Below, one piece after another: positions 53,737 to 63,619 of a DNA stretch of 64,000 nucleotides; within the stretch, counting starts at the first letter, position 1, and the number at the start of each line of letters is the position of its first letter. Origin of the DNA: a gamma proteobacterium symbiont of Ctena orbiculata (GTDB lineage Bacteria; Pseudomonadota; Gammaproteobacteria; Chromatiales; Chromatiaceae); the NCBI GenBank assembly GCA_003094535.1, contig NATV01000102.1, forward strand, positions 6,507-70,506, read 5' to 3'. Under the pieces are notes generated by a model that was not told the origin of the DNA, did not search any database, and saw only the letters and a list, made by a program, of their open reading frames with translations. The position numbers were made by a program, and so were the translations under genes.

Positions 53737-56436
53737 CTACTGCCGGCAGATCGAAATCAAGGCAGCCTCCCTCTCCGCAGACGAATCACCCTGGACCTCG
53801 CCTGTCCCAAGGTGTTGCAACACCTGATGCATATTGGCGAAGTTGTAAGCGGGTGCACCGACACCATGCGGATTTTTCGCACTCAGCTGCGCGGCAAGTT
53901 CAACCTGTACTGCCTCCGAAAGCGCCCATCCCAGCGGCAGGTCGTGGTCGCGCTTGCAAAGAAGAAAGTGCACGTGATTGACGCTGTCAAGCAGCTCTTC
54001 GTCTAACCGCCTTTGCAGGAACTCCCGGGCCTGAAATCCCCGTGCCGGTCGCACCTTGAGCAAGGCGCGTAGCGGTGATAGGACCTCTCCCATGAGCGGA
54101 TAGAAACTGACCTGCTTGCGAGCCCGTTCCTTATCGGGGATCACCGGCTCGTTGCTGATGTGAATCACGAACGGTCTCAGTTCGTTGTCGGTACTCCGTG
54201 CATAGCGCATCATCGCATCGAGCATCTCGAATGCTGTCACCGCGCCCGAATTTTCGAAATAGCCACCATCCACCAGGTGGAGCCAACCCGCCTCCCGCCC
54301 GCCTTCTCCAGAGCGGAATACCTTTCCGGCGGGACTTACATAAGTGAATCGGGCACTGAGATGCACTGCAGTGCTCAAAGGTATGGCGTTGCCGAGCAGA
54401 GACCGGCCATCGATGGCATCACGGAAGACTTCGCCAAACTCGATACCATTAGGCTGCAACTCCAGCGGGGTCATAATCAAGCGCTGACCGGTTTCAACCA
54501 CGGTACTGTTCAACAGCAGTACTGGGGGGTGGGGCTTCTCCTGATTGGACCGGTCTTTCCAGAGATGATCGAAGCCCATCGCGAAGTCCTCTCTCGAGGT
54601 AAAGCGATTCCAAGCCTGCTCCCAACTCCTTTCCAGCGTCATGGCGCGGTCAGCAAACAGTGGCGACGGTAAGAAGCGTTGCATCAGATCGGGAAACAGC
54701 AGGGTCGCCACGGTGGGTGAAAGGAAATCTTCGCCAAGGACATCGTGTGCAAGATCGCCGAAACAGTTCGGCTGATCTGTGCAGGTGTCGTCAAGATGTT
54801 TGACAGAGGCAGCGAATACTGCGCCGCCAAGGCTGCCGCCGGATACACCGCTGATCGCCAGTAAATGGCGTGCGAAATCGAGGCCCTCGGCACGGGCTCT
54901 ATCCTGCAGCGTGGCCAACACATGCGCCGTCCAATAAGCGGCGCGAATCCCCCCGCCTTCGGCGGCGACAATGAATACCGGTAGCGGATCGCCGTTATCC
55001 TTTTTTCTCTCGCTTACCCATCGCTCCATAAACGCCGTGAAACCATCGACCTGATGAAACGGTCCAGCACGCTCGATTCCGATCGGCACGCCATTGTCGT
55101 CATGACATTCACGATCCGTGGAAGCCATGTCTGGACAAAGGCGAATGCTGTGGTTGTCGTTGAAAAGACTGAAGCTCATCACGAGAACGGCAAGCACTAT
55201 CAACAATGGGTAGCGGAGGCGTGTACTGTAATAGACAAGCAAACTGCCAATTGGAACGATCAGTGCAACCGCGAGCACAACCACGGCAGCACCCCCAACA
55301 GGAACCGCAAATTCCGGCAAGTACAGAAAGAGTAGAAAGAAAACCACATTGGCGATCAGCAGCCCACCCAACGGATACTTGGTGTACGTCTCAAGACCGG
55401 AAAACCCATCGGCCGTGTTGATCATTTGTTTGTCGCGCAGGGATGGTATCAGCTTGCGCCTGAACACAACGATGCCGAGGAATATCAACAAGGCCACGGA
55501 CTGAAAAACAGCAGGAATCAAGGTCTCCCCAAAACGATCGGTCGGGACGCTGACGAAGTAACCCACAGCGACAAGCAGGGGGATTGCGGTACCCAGCACC
55601 CTCGGCAACCAGCGTTTGAGCTCGACCATGGGGTCTTCATCCTGGCTGCGGTAGCCGTCGAAACGGAACATGAAGAGCACCCTGGCCGAATACCAGGTAC
55701 TGAAAGCCGCCAACAGGCTGGCAAAGGCGAGCCAGGCGGCGCGTAGCAGCTGGGTGGAAGTCAGCCCATCATCCGCCTGTCCCACTGTCTCGGTGATGGC
55801 GCGCAGCATCTCCTGCCACTGAGGCACAAACAACACTGCCACCCCGATCGCAAGCATCAACAGACTGAAACGAACGCGGAAAATCGTCTTCGCGACAGGA
55901 CGCGCGAAGTAAACGGCCAGCGCGAAAAACAGTGCCAGCAACGCGAACTTGGTGTAGGCAAAACCCGAGGTGAGAGGTGGGCGAAGCGTTCCGACACCGT
56001 CTTCGTCCGAAAGCATCGACAGCATCAGTACATTTTCAACAATGTCACAGCATCCCGCTAGCAGCGGCAAAACTCCCGAAATCAACAGCAACGGCATCCG
56101 ATGCTGCCTGGATCGGACAAGGGGCGCCCAAGCCAGCAAGACCATGCTTGTCAATAAGGTGACATAGCCGACAATCAGCAGAAAATCCCAGTAGACGCTG
56201 CTTTTCGCTTTGGGAATCAAATCCGCACTCAACCAGCTTGTGAGAATTTCTTGCGCCCTATCGGGCTTCCATGCCAATTCCAGGCTGACAATCCCGTCGC
56301 CACGAACCTGGGCAAGATCATAGTCGATTGCACTGAGCCAACCGGCCAGGGCACCGGTCAACATCAACGCAATAAAGAACAGAATCCAGAGAGCGATTAG
56401 CCTGCGCGACAGGATGGTTTTGTTTTCGGCTTGCAT
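53737..56436 (-). CDS. Polytopic membrane protein with C-terminal patatin-like phospholipase domain
   Basis: Many TM helices; AAEGGGIRAAYW, SGVSGGSLG, LNST, DGGYFENSG. Confidence 0.85.
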   Translation of the reverse strand: MQAENKTILSRRLIALWILFFIALMLTGALAGWLSAIDYDLAQVRGDGIVSLELAWKPDRAQEILTSWLSADLIPKAKSSVYWDFLLIVGYVTLLTSMVLLAWAPLVRSRQHRMPLLLISGVLPLLAGCCDIVENVLMLSMLSDEDGVGTLRPPLTSGFAYTKFALLALFFALAVYFARPVAKTIFRVRFSLLMLAIGVAVLFVPQWQEMLRAITETVGQADDGLTSTQLLRAAWLAFASLLAAFSTWYSARVLFMFRFDGYRSQDEDPMVELKRWLPRVLGTAIPLLVAVGYFVSVPTDRFGETLIPAVFQSVALLIFLGIVVFRRKLIPSLRDKQMINTADGFSGLETYTKYPLGGLLIANVVFFLLFLYLPEFAVPVGGAAVVVLAVALIVPIGSLLVYYSTRLRYPLLIVLAVLVMSFSLFNDNHSIRLCPDMASTDRECHDDNGVPIGIERAGPFHQVDGFTAFMERWVSERKKDNGDPLPVFIVAAEGGGIRAAYWTAHVLATLQDRARAEGLDFARHLLAISGVSGGSLGGAVFAASVKHLDDTCTDQPNCFGDLAHDVLGEDFLSPTVATLLFPDLMQRFLPSPLFADRAMTLERSWEQAWNRFTSREDFAMGFDHLWKDRSNQEKPHPPVLLLNSTVVETGQRLIMTPLELQPNGIEFGEVFRDAIDGRSLLGNAIPLSTAVHLSARFTYVSPAGKVFRSGEGGREAGWLHLVDGGYFENSGAVTAFEMLDAMMRYARSTDNELRPFVIHISNEPVIPDKERARKQVSFYPLMGEVLSPLRALLKVRPARGFQAREFLQRRLDEELLDSVNHVHFLLCKRDHDLPLGWALSEAVQVELAAQLSAKNPHGVGAPAYNFANMHQVLQHLGTGEVQGDSSAEREAALISICRQ

Positions 56437-56719
56437 CGACCGCTCCTTGGTTGCGCTATCAGTTTTTATCGTGTGGTCTCTAAGCGGACGCTTATTATAA
56501 TACTAGCAAAATCGCTCCCCGCTAGCTGTCGTGACTTGGGACCAACCAGGGCAACATAATTAACAAAAAAATGTTCTCACTGCTGACTGAAGGAGCCGCC
56601 GTGAAAATCGACGCGACTTCGAACCGCACTCACATATTCCTAAGATACTATTTTCAGTGGATAATTGACTTTCTCATCCATAGCCCATTTATTTTTTATG
56701 CTTTACGTAGGTTAACCTA

Positions 56720-57502
56720 TTGAACCACCACCCCAGAAAAAGATTCGGCCAGAATTTCCTCCACGACCCCGGCACCATCCAACGCATCGTCCAGGCCATC
56801 TCGCCCCAGCCGGATGACAACCTGGTCGAGATCGGTCCGGGCCAGGGGGCGATCACCACCGAACTGCTGCCCCTGGTCAAGCGGATGCACGCCATCGAAC
56901 TCGACCGCGACCTGGTGGAGCCCCTCGCCCTACGCTGCGCCGCGCTCGGCGAGCTGCAGATCCACAACATCGATGCGCTGAAGTTCGATTACTCCTCGCT
57001 GGCTGAAGCGGCGCATTCCCTGCGGGTGGTGGGCAACCTGCCCTACAACATCTCCACACCGCTGCTGTTTCATCTCCTCGACCAGTCCGATCAAATCCTC
57101 GACATGCATTTTATGCTGCAGAAAGAGGTGGTCGAGCGCATGGCGGCAATACCCGGCAACAAGAGCTACGGCCGGCTGACGGTGATGCTGCAGGCCAGGG
57201 CGGAGGTGACGCCGCTGTTCACGATCGGTCCCGGCGCCTTCAGGCCACCACCCAAGGTCGATTCCGCCTTTGTGCGCCTGCTGCCGCTCACACCGCCCCC
57301 CTACCGGATAGACAACTGGGATCTCTTCGGCAGGCTGGTCAGCCAGGCCTTCTCCCAAAGGCGCAAGACCCTGCGCAACAGCTTGGGCAAGATCCTGACG
57401 GCCGATACCATCAAGGCCGCGGACATCGACCCCGGTTGCCGCGCGGAGCAACTCTCCGTCGCGGAATTCGTAAAGTTGGCAAATCATGCCGATGCAGGCT
57501 GA
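56720..57502 (+). CDS. rsmA: 16S rRNA (adenine1518/1519-N6)-dimethyltransferase
   Basis: KRFGQNFL, VEIGPGQG, VGNLPYNISTP, MLQKEV, YGRL, FRPPPKVDS, AFSQRRKTLRN. Confidence 0.97.
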   Translation: MNHHPRKRFGQNFLHDPGTIQRIVQAISPQPDDNLVEIGPGQGAITTELLPLVKRMHAIELDRDLVEPLALRCAALGELQIHNIDALKFDYSSLAEAAHSLRVVGNLPYNISTPLLFHLLDQSDQILDMHFMLQKEVVERMAAIPGNKSYGRLTVMLQARAEVTPLFTIGPGAFRPPPKVDSAFVRLLPLTPPPYRIDNWDLFGRLVSQAFSQRRKTLRNSLGKILTADTIKAADIDPGCRAEQLSVAEFVKLANHADAG

Positions 57503-57687
57503 ATCAAGCATTTATCTGGTCCCTGGGGTCAGGGTGTAGAAGCGAATGCTAATTGTCATAGGTCAAACACAAATCTGACGCCAGCCACAGAATAGATGGC
57601 CTGACCAAATCCAGCTTAACCTGGTCGACACCATCGCGACCCTGCAGTAGATACGCGATATCTGACACTCAATCAGGGAGCGTAGCC

Positions 57688-58218
57688 ATGCGCCAGACAG
57701 AACACCCCAATCCCTTACTCCAGGCTTGCTGCTTTCTCGTCTCCTCCCTATGGGCGCTACAGGCGGGCGCCTGGACAGACAAGATCACCGATGACGCACA
57801 TGTCAACAGCGTCTGCGAGCTGACACCGGAAGCCCAGTGTTCCTGGGCGATACTGATCGACCTGCAGGCCCCGGGGGTGGATATGCACGAATCCTCCCTC
57901 GCTTCCGCCCGTCTCGACAGATCAAATTTCGAGCGCGCCAATTTCTCCCGCTCGATCTTTCAGCTGGCCAACCTCAAGGAGGCCAATCTCAGGCTGAGCA
58001 ATCTGGAGTTTGCCCATCTGCACGGTGTCAATCTCCGGAACGCCAATCTGATGTTCGCCAACCTGAGCGGTGCCAGCCTTTTCGATGCCGACTTGAGCGG
58101 CGCGGATCTAAGAGGCGCCAACCTGGTCGGCGCCATTCTGATCAAGGCAAAGCTCGATGGCGCAACCTGGACCGACGGCCGAATCTGCGCGGAGGACTCT
58201 ATCGGTGAGTGCAGATAA
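57688..58218 (+). CDS. Secreted pentapeptide-repeat protein
   Basis: ANL/ASL/ADL pentapeptide run flanked by Cys caps (CELTPEAQC; WTDGRIC...GEC). Confidence 0.9.
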   Translation: MRQTEHPNPLLQACCFLVSSLWALQAGAWTDKITDDAHVNSVCELTPEAQCSWAILIDLQAPGVDMHESSLASARLDRSNFERANFSRSIFQLANLKEANLRLSNLEFAHLHGVNLRNANLMFANLSGASLFDADLSGADLRGANLVGAILIKAKLDGATWTDGRICAEDSIGECR

Positions 58219-58400
58219 ACCTCTTCTCAATGCACATCCTTCCGGTTGACCTGGTTAGCGCTACGCCAAGCGCTGACTGGGAAATGGAAACGGACGCAAC
58301 CCCTCTAAACCAGTGCAATATTCCCGTTACCTAGTCGATTAGGTGCTCTATACTCACTTGAAGCCGCCATCTCCAAGTAACATAAGGACACGGAAGTACG

Positions 58401-59261
58401 ATGAATATCACCAGCTTAGTGATCGAGACCTTGGGAAACCGTATCGAGGAGTCCTACCTGAGCATCTACGGCCCCCAGGAGCCCCTCTATCCCAAGGCGA
58501 TCAATTACGCCGCGCGCACCGTCCTGGAACTCATCGCAAACAGCGATGCCCTCTATCACGATGTCCACCATACCGTGCAGGTGACGCTTGTCGGCGAGGC
58601 CATCCTTCGTGGACGACATATGGTAAAACGGGTCAGTCCCGACGATTGGCTCCACTTCATGGGGGCCTGCCTGCTGCACGATATCGGCTATGTGCGCGGG
58701 GTCTGCCCGGGCGATACCGACACCGAGTTTGTCATCGATGCGGAGGGCAACCGGATCACGCCTCCCCGCGGCGCCTCGGATGCCTATCTCACGCCCTATC
58801 ACGTCGATCGCGGTATCCTCTTCGCCAAGAGCCGCGGTAAAGAGGTACCCTATATCGACACCGACCGTCTGGCCCGCGCTATCGAACTGACCAGATTTCC
58901 CGTTCCGGACTCCGCCGACCACCAAGAGACGGATACCGAGGCCGGCCTGGTTCGCGCCGCCGATCTCATCGGCCAACTGGGGGATCCCGACCACATGCGC
59001 CGCCTGACCGGGTTGTACCATGAATTCGTGGAGACCGGGACCGCGGAAAAACTCGGCTACACCAGCGCCGCCGACCTGGCGGAAGACTATCCGGTCTTTT
59101 TCTGGAATGTGGTACAACCCTATCTGAAGGACGCCCTGCGCTACCTCCAACTTACCCAGGAGGGCAAGCAGTGGATTGCCAACCTGCATTCCCATGTATT
59201 TGCCGTGGAACACAACCAGTTTTATCTGGGGCCCTACACCGGTAATAAGAGCGTCCAATAG
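58401..59261 (+). CDS. HD-domain metal-dependent phosphohydrolase (resembles Npun_R2479 family)
   Basis: ALYHDVHHT, LLHDIGYVRG, PYHVDRG, VRAADLIGQL. Confidence 0.85.
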   Translation: MNITSLVIETLGNRIEESYLSIYGPQEPLYPKAINYAARTVLELIANSDALYHDVHHTVQVTLVGEAILRGRHMVKRVSPDDWLHFMGACLLHDIGYVRGVCPGDTDTEFVIDAEGNRITPPRGASDAYLTPYHVDRGILFAKSRGKEVPYIDTDRLARAIELTRFPVPDSADHQETDTEAGLVRAADLIGQLGDPDHMRRLTGLYHEFVETGTAEKLGYTSAADLAEDYPVFFWNVVQPYLKDALRYLQLTQEGKQWIANLHSHVFAVEHNQFYLGPYTGNKSVQ

Positions 59262-59331
59262 TCGATTCATCGCCAAGCCGATCAACAGAACAATTGGGGG
59301 GTGGCTGGGCGCCAATAGGGGAGGCAGCTAG

Positions 59332-60939
59332 ATGAAGAGGATCGAATTCAACAATCTACGCGCGCGTACCTACCGCAAGAAAGCCGAGGTGTTTGCGTTC
59401 CGCTCCGAAGCCCCCTTCTCCTTTTCGAAATCCTGGGGCGAGCAGAGGGTTCGCGAAAGCGGATGGGTAGTCGTGCCGATCGCGAACGGCGGAACGGCGA
59501 GTCAAGACATCTATGGCTGCGACGCCGATGTCTTTGCCGAGACGTACGAACCATCGCCTTCGCAACGACCCAACCGCTATCGCAAGAAGGAGACGATCCG
59601 CGCCTATCAACCGGGGGAGCCTTTCGAGATCGAGACCAGGCTCGCCGACGGCCATCTGGAGGTCGAATCATCGTCGGCTGACTCCTATACCACCTGGCTG
59701 GCGAGAAATCCGAGCGGCGAGACCTACACCATCGAAGACGAAGTGTTCCGCGACACCTACGTCGAGGTACAGGAGCGGGGCGAGAAGTACCGTATTCGAT
59801 CCCGGGATGAGCACTGGATCCCGGATGGAACACCGCGACGAATCCTGGCCCTTGACGGCGGCGGAGTGCGCGGCATTCTCACCCTTCAGTACCTGGCGCG
59901 CATCGAGGCGATCCTGAAGAAGCGCCACGGCGACTCGGATGAGTTCCGGCTCTGCCACTATTTCGACCTGATCGCCGGCACCTCCACCGGGGCGATAATT
60001 GCCGCCGCCCTGGCGCGGGGTTCACGGGTCTCGGAGATCATCGATCTCTATAACAGGCTCGCAGCGGATATCTTCAGGCGCTCCTGGTTTCGCTTTGGGC
60101 TCATGCGTGCCAAGTTCAGCGCGGACCGTCTTCGCCAACATCTGCGTGCGGAGTTCAAAAACAATACCATGGGCAGCACCGCGATACAGACCGGTCTGCT
60201 CGTCGTTGCAAAACGACTCGATAGCGGCAGTACCTGGCCGATGTCGAACAATCCGTTGAGCCCTTTTTTCAGGGCGGAGCCAAACGACACCTTCTTCTCC
60301 AATGAGGACTACCTGCTGCGTCGCGTGGTACGTGCGAGCACGGCGGCCCCGCACTACTTCGCTCCGGAGTACATCGAGATCAGCACCGAGAAGGAGAAGC
60401 CTCACGGACAGTTTATCGATGGCGGCGCAAGCCCGCACAACAATCCCTCCCTACTCGCGCTTCAGCTGGTATCCGTCTCCGGATTCGGTGCGGGCTGGGA
60501 CCTCGACCCGGATAAGCTACTGCTGTTTTCGGTGGGCACGGGCATGGCGAATCCCGATGTATCGCGCAGCTGGTTCGCCGGTGAGCACGCCCTGAAATCG
60601 CTCCTGTCACTGATGAACGACTGCGCCGAGTCCGTGGAAACAGTGCTCCAATGGCTCTCTTCCAGCCCCACGGCACGGCACCTGGATGCCGCACTGAAGG
60701 AGATGCATGGTGACCTGCTGGCGGAACGACCCCTGTTACACTACCTTCGTTACAATGTGATGCTGGATTCAGATTGGCTGAAAGACAATTTGGGATTGAA
60801 TTGCACAAAACCTGACATCGACAGGCTCAAGAAGATGGACCTACCGGAGAATATGCAAGCTTTGAGCAAAATCGGAAATACGGCGGCCAAACTCCAGATC
60901 GAGGAGACGCACTTTCCACCGAGCTTCGACCTTTGGTAA
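59332..60939 (+). CDS. Patatin-like phospholipase with a tandem PGDYG-like N-terminal domain pair
   Basis: ALDGGGVRG, AGTSTG, ASTAAPHYF, IDGG intact; N-terminal repeats YRKK...A...F..TY x2; GGAGG RBS. Confidence 0.88.
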   Translation: MKRIEFNNLRARTYRKKAEVFAFRSEAPFSFSKSWGEQRVRESGWVVVPIANGGTASQDIYGCDADVFAETYEPSPSQRPNRYRKKETIRAYQPGEPFEIETRLADGHLEVESSSADSYTTWLARNPSGETYTIEDEVFRDTYVEVQERGEKYRIRSRDEHWIPDGTPRRILALDGGGVRGILTLQYLARIEAILKKRHGDSDEFRLCHYFDLIAGTSTGAIIAAALARGSRVSEIIDLYNRLAADIFRRSWFRFGLMRAKFSADRLRQHLRAEFKNNTMGSTAIQTGLLVVAKRLDSGSTWPMSNNPLSPFFRAEPNDTFFSNEDYLLRRVVRASTAAPHYFAPEYIEISTEKEKPHGQFIDGGASPHNNPSLLALQLVSVSGFGAGWDLDPDKLLLFSVGTGMANPDVSRSWFAGEHALKSLLSLMNDCAESVETVLQWLSSSPTARHLDAALKEMHGDLLAERPLLHYLRYNVMLDSDWLKDNLGLNCTKPDIDRLKKMDLPENMQALSKIGNTAAKLQIEETHFPPSFDLW

Positions 60940-61056
60940 CAACGAGCCGATAAGCGCACTGAAATGCACGCAAAGGGTAGATCGCTTTATTGATTCACTC
61001 GAGAAATAGAGGCGCCGGACGAATAACCACCCTTCGATTGAGCGTAACGGTTTGAT

Positions 61057-61746
61057 CTAACATGGTGAGGCAACAATGGCGACTTCCTGCGCCGGCTTTA
61101 CACTATGCACAATCCCCCTGATCAAACGAAATCCGGATTCGCCAAGTCCCAGTCGTTGCGCCCAATTGGCCGCAAAGCGATCGTAGCCAAACCGACGAAC
61201 GCCGCTTGCGGCGACATCAAATCCGCAATCGCTGACCAGGTTGCCCAAAGTCTGGACATTCCAGGCATAGAGATGGTGATTGGGTTCCCGGGGATCGTAA
61301 CTCCGGTATCGTCTCTCTTTCTCGTAGGGCACGAACAACAGCAGTTTGCCATCCTGTTTAAGCAGCCGGCGGATTTCCGCCAGCACCTCCACCGGCGAGG
61401 GCACATGCTCCAGAACATGGTGACAAACCATGACATCCACCGAGTGGTCCGCAAGGGTTGAGGTATCGGGTACGAATTCTATGCCCTGACTGGAGAGCAA
61501 GGGTTCTAAATGTTGTGCAAGGTCGAATCCCAATCGCTGTTGGCAATCCAGCCTGGCGATATTCCAACCGAAACCGACACCATACTCCATTACCACATCA
61601 GAAGATCTGACCTGCGGCGCGATTTTCTCATATCTGAGCTTGGCAACCCAGGGGAAGGCCTCGTCAGGGATTTCACGTTTCTTGCCGTGATACTCACGAC
61701 CCAGTTCTCCCTGATAACGCTGTTTGATTCGATCTTCTGTGGCCAT
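61057..61746 (-). CDS. Class I SAM-dependent methyltransferase
   Basis: MEYGVGFG, DVMVCHHVLEHV, LKQDG. Confidence 0.88.
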   Translation of the reverse strand: MATEDRIKQRYQGELGREYHGKKREIPDEAFPWVAKLRYEKIAPQVRSSDVVMEYGVGFGWNIARLDCQQRLGFDLAQHLEPLLSSQGIEFVPDTSTLADHSVDVMVCHHVLEHVPSPVEVLAEIRRLLKQDGKLLLFVPYEKERRYRSYDPREPNHHLYAWNVQTLGNLVSDCGFDVAASGVRRFGYDRFAANWAQRLGLGESGFRLIRGIVHSVKPAQEVAIVASPC

Positions 61747-61978
61747 CGATTTATATGCTGTCTAGTCGTTGAATACTCGCTTTGGGTCTGAACTTTCTCA
61801 GACTGTCCCTGACCAGCCATTCTACATAATCCTGCCCTCGCACGAGTAACTATTCTTCGACACCTTGACCCCAACCTACCCACCTCCAGGGCAATAGCGG
61901 TTTCCCGATGGGTGAGTGATTGGGTAACTCGGTACGACCTGTCAATCGCCTTTCGGCGTACCCTTACAGACAAACCGG

Positions 61979-63619
61979 TTATCGATTTTCCGATGGTTCT
62001 GTATCGGCAAATTCAACCCTGTTCTTGCCCCCTTGCTTGGCGACATAGAGCGCATCGTCAGCGTCTTGAATAAACGCCGACAGGCTCTGTTGTCCATCCC
62101 ATGAAGCCACACCGATACTGGCCGTGACCCGTCTCCCGGAGAGGCCGGCACAATCAAAGTCGGCAATACGTTCGAGCAACCGGTGCGCGATGCCCACGGC
62201 AGCCTCCGGATCGATATCCAGCAATGCGATTGTAAACTCCTCGCCGCCGTAGCGCCCTGCGAAATCACTCGCGCGCACAACCTCTCGAATCAACTCGGCA
62301 ATTCCCTCCAATACCGCATCCCCCGCCAGATGTCCGAATTGATCATTTATGGTTTTAAAATCGTCAAGATCGCACATTAAAATAGAGAGTGGGGCATGCG
62401 AGCGCTCGGAGCGGTACATCTCCTGCTGCAATCGCTCATTGAAATTCCGATGGTTGTAGAGACCAGTCAGACTGTCCCGCTCCGAACGTTCCTTATAGAA
62501 CTCCTTCAACTGAAGAATTTCGCCTGTCTGTCTCCTGATAACGTCATGCAACTTCCGTGAGCCGTAGGTGATGGCCAGATAGAGAAGCACCTCCACCACA
62601 GCAAAGCCGACGACAGCATAGATCAGATTTATTTTCAGCTGATTTCTGTGTGCTGCCACCTCATCGGAGATGTCGGACAACATGACGACCATACCTGCCT
62701 GCCTGTCTCTGCCATGGGTTGTGGCACGATAGTCATAGAGCGGAAAGTGGGTAACTGCATATTCCATCCCGGCATAGCTATGACGAAACGTGCGCAGTTG
62801 CGTTTTGTAAGGCTCCAGATCGTCACAACGTTCGATAATCTCCAACACCTGGGGATTGGAGAGTGCCTCGACATAGCAGGGCGAATCGCTCGACAACCTG
62901 AAGATCCGCTTATTGATCGACTCCGGCCACATGGTCGAATGCACCAGCTCCTGGTTCAGCATCACCAGCATCTCGACGCCGGTCCGCTGGTAGATCTTCT
63001 CCAATACTGTCTGATAGGAAGTCCCCACCTCCAATACTCCGATCAACTCCGTCTCACCATTCTCCAGCGTACCCCACATGGGGGTCACGCCCCTCAGGCC
63101 CGCGTAGACTCTGCCCACTTCAAATCCTGTCTTGATTTCCCGGTCCCGATAGCTATCGACAATGATGTGGCGGATCTCATCCATGCGGTCACCATACTTG
63201 TCCGGGGCATGCACACGCAGAAAACTGAGAGAACCGGGTCCCAGGTGAAAATGGAGCTGCCGGGCATCGTACTGCTCCATCAGCGGTATCCAGCTCGGAG
63301 AGACAGCACGAAACAGCTGATCCCGTATCTTTGCCGTCTCAACACCACCAGCTCCACCGCCTTCCCGGATCAGCGCTGCTTTACCGGCCTGAAACAGCTG
63401 CTTGACCTGCTGCTGATTTGAGATGTAAGTAGAGAGTTGCAGCATATTCTCGGAGACCAGGGCCAGGGTCAGGTCGTATTCGTGCTTGAGATTTATGCCG
63501 TCACGGCTGAGACTGATCCGCAGGGTGCGCTGACTGGTGTAGTAGTTGATCCCGACAAACAGCATGTCGCTGATAAGAATCAGCAGGGTCAATATCAGAA
63601 ACAGTCGTTTGCTCTTCAT
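61979..63619 (-). CDS. Cache-domain diguanylate cyclase
   Basis: Two TM helices around a periplasmic domain (QLHFHL...SFLRVH); DSLTGLYN, DLDDFK.IND, RYGGEEF; start MKSKR. Confidence 0.92.
   Translation of the reverse strand: MKSKRLFLILTLLILISDMLFVGINYYTSQRTLRISLSRDGINLKHEYDLTLALVSENMLQLSTYISNQQQVKQLFQAGKAALIREGGGAGGVETAKIRDQLFRAVSPSWIPLMEQYDARQLHFHLGPGSLSFLRVHAPDKYGDRMDEIRHIIVDSYRDREIKTGFEVGRVYAGLRGVTPMWGTLENGETELIGVLEVGTSYQTVLEKIYQRTGVEMLVMLNQELVHSTMWPESINKRIFRLSSDSPCYVEALSNPQVLEIIERCDDLEPYKTQLRTFRHSYAGMEYAVTHFPLYDYRATTHGRDRQAGMVVMLSDISDEVAAHRNQLKINLIYAVVGFAVVEVLLYLAITYGSRKLHDVIRRQTGEILQLKEFYKERSERDSLTGLYNHRNFNERLQQEMYRSERSHAPLSILMCDLDDFKTINDQFGHLAGDAVLEGIAELIREVVRASDFAGRYGGEEFTIALLDIDPEAAVGIAHRLLERIADFDCAGLSGRRVTASIGVASWDGQQSLSAFIQDADDALYVAKQGGKNRVEFADTEPSENR

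Noticed and set aside
57502-57688. Riboswitch (c-di-GMP or other) in intergenic regions here and at 37220-37340 and 60940-61050
   Set aside because: No recognisable conserved cores by eye; an Infernal/Rfam scan would be needed
58401-60939. Canonical CBASS operon
   Set aside because: No CD-NTase, Cap2/3 or HORMA/TRIP13 genes in the window; kept only as a possible non-canonical module
61750-61980. Possible degraded ORF between the methyltransferase and the diguanylate cyclase
   Set aside because: Interrupted by stops and no family recognisable
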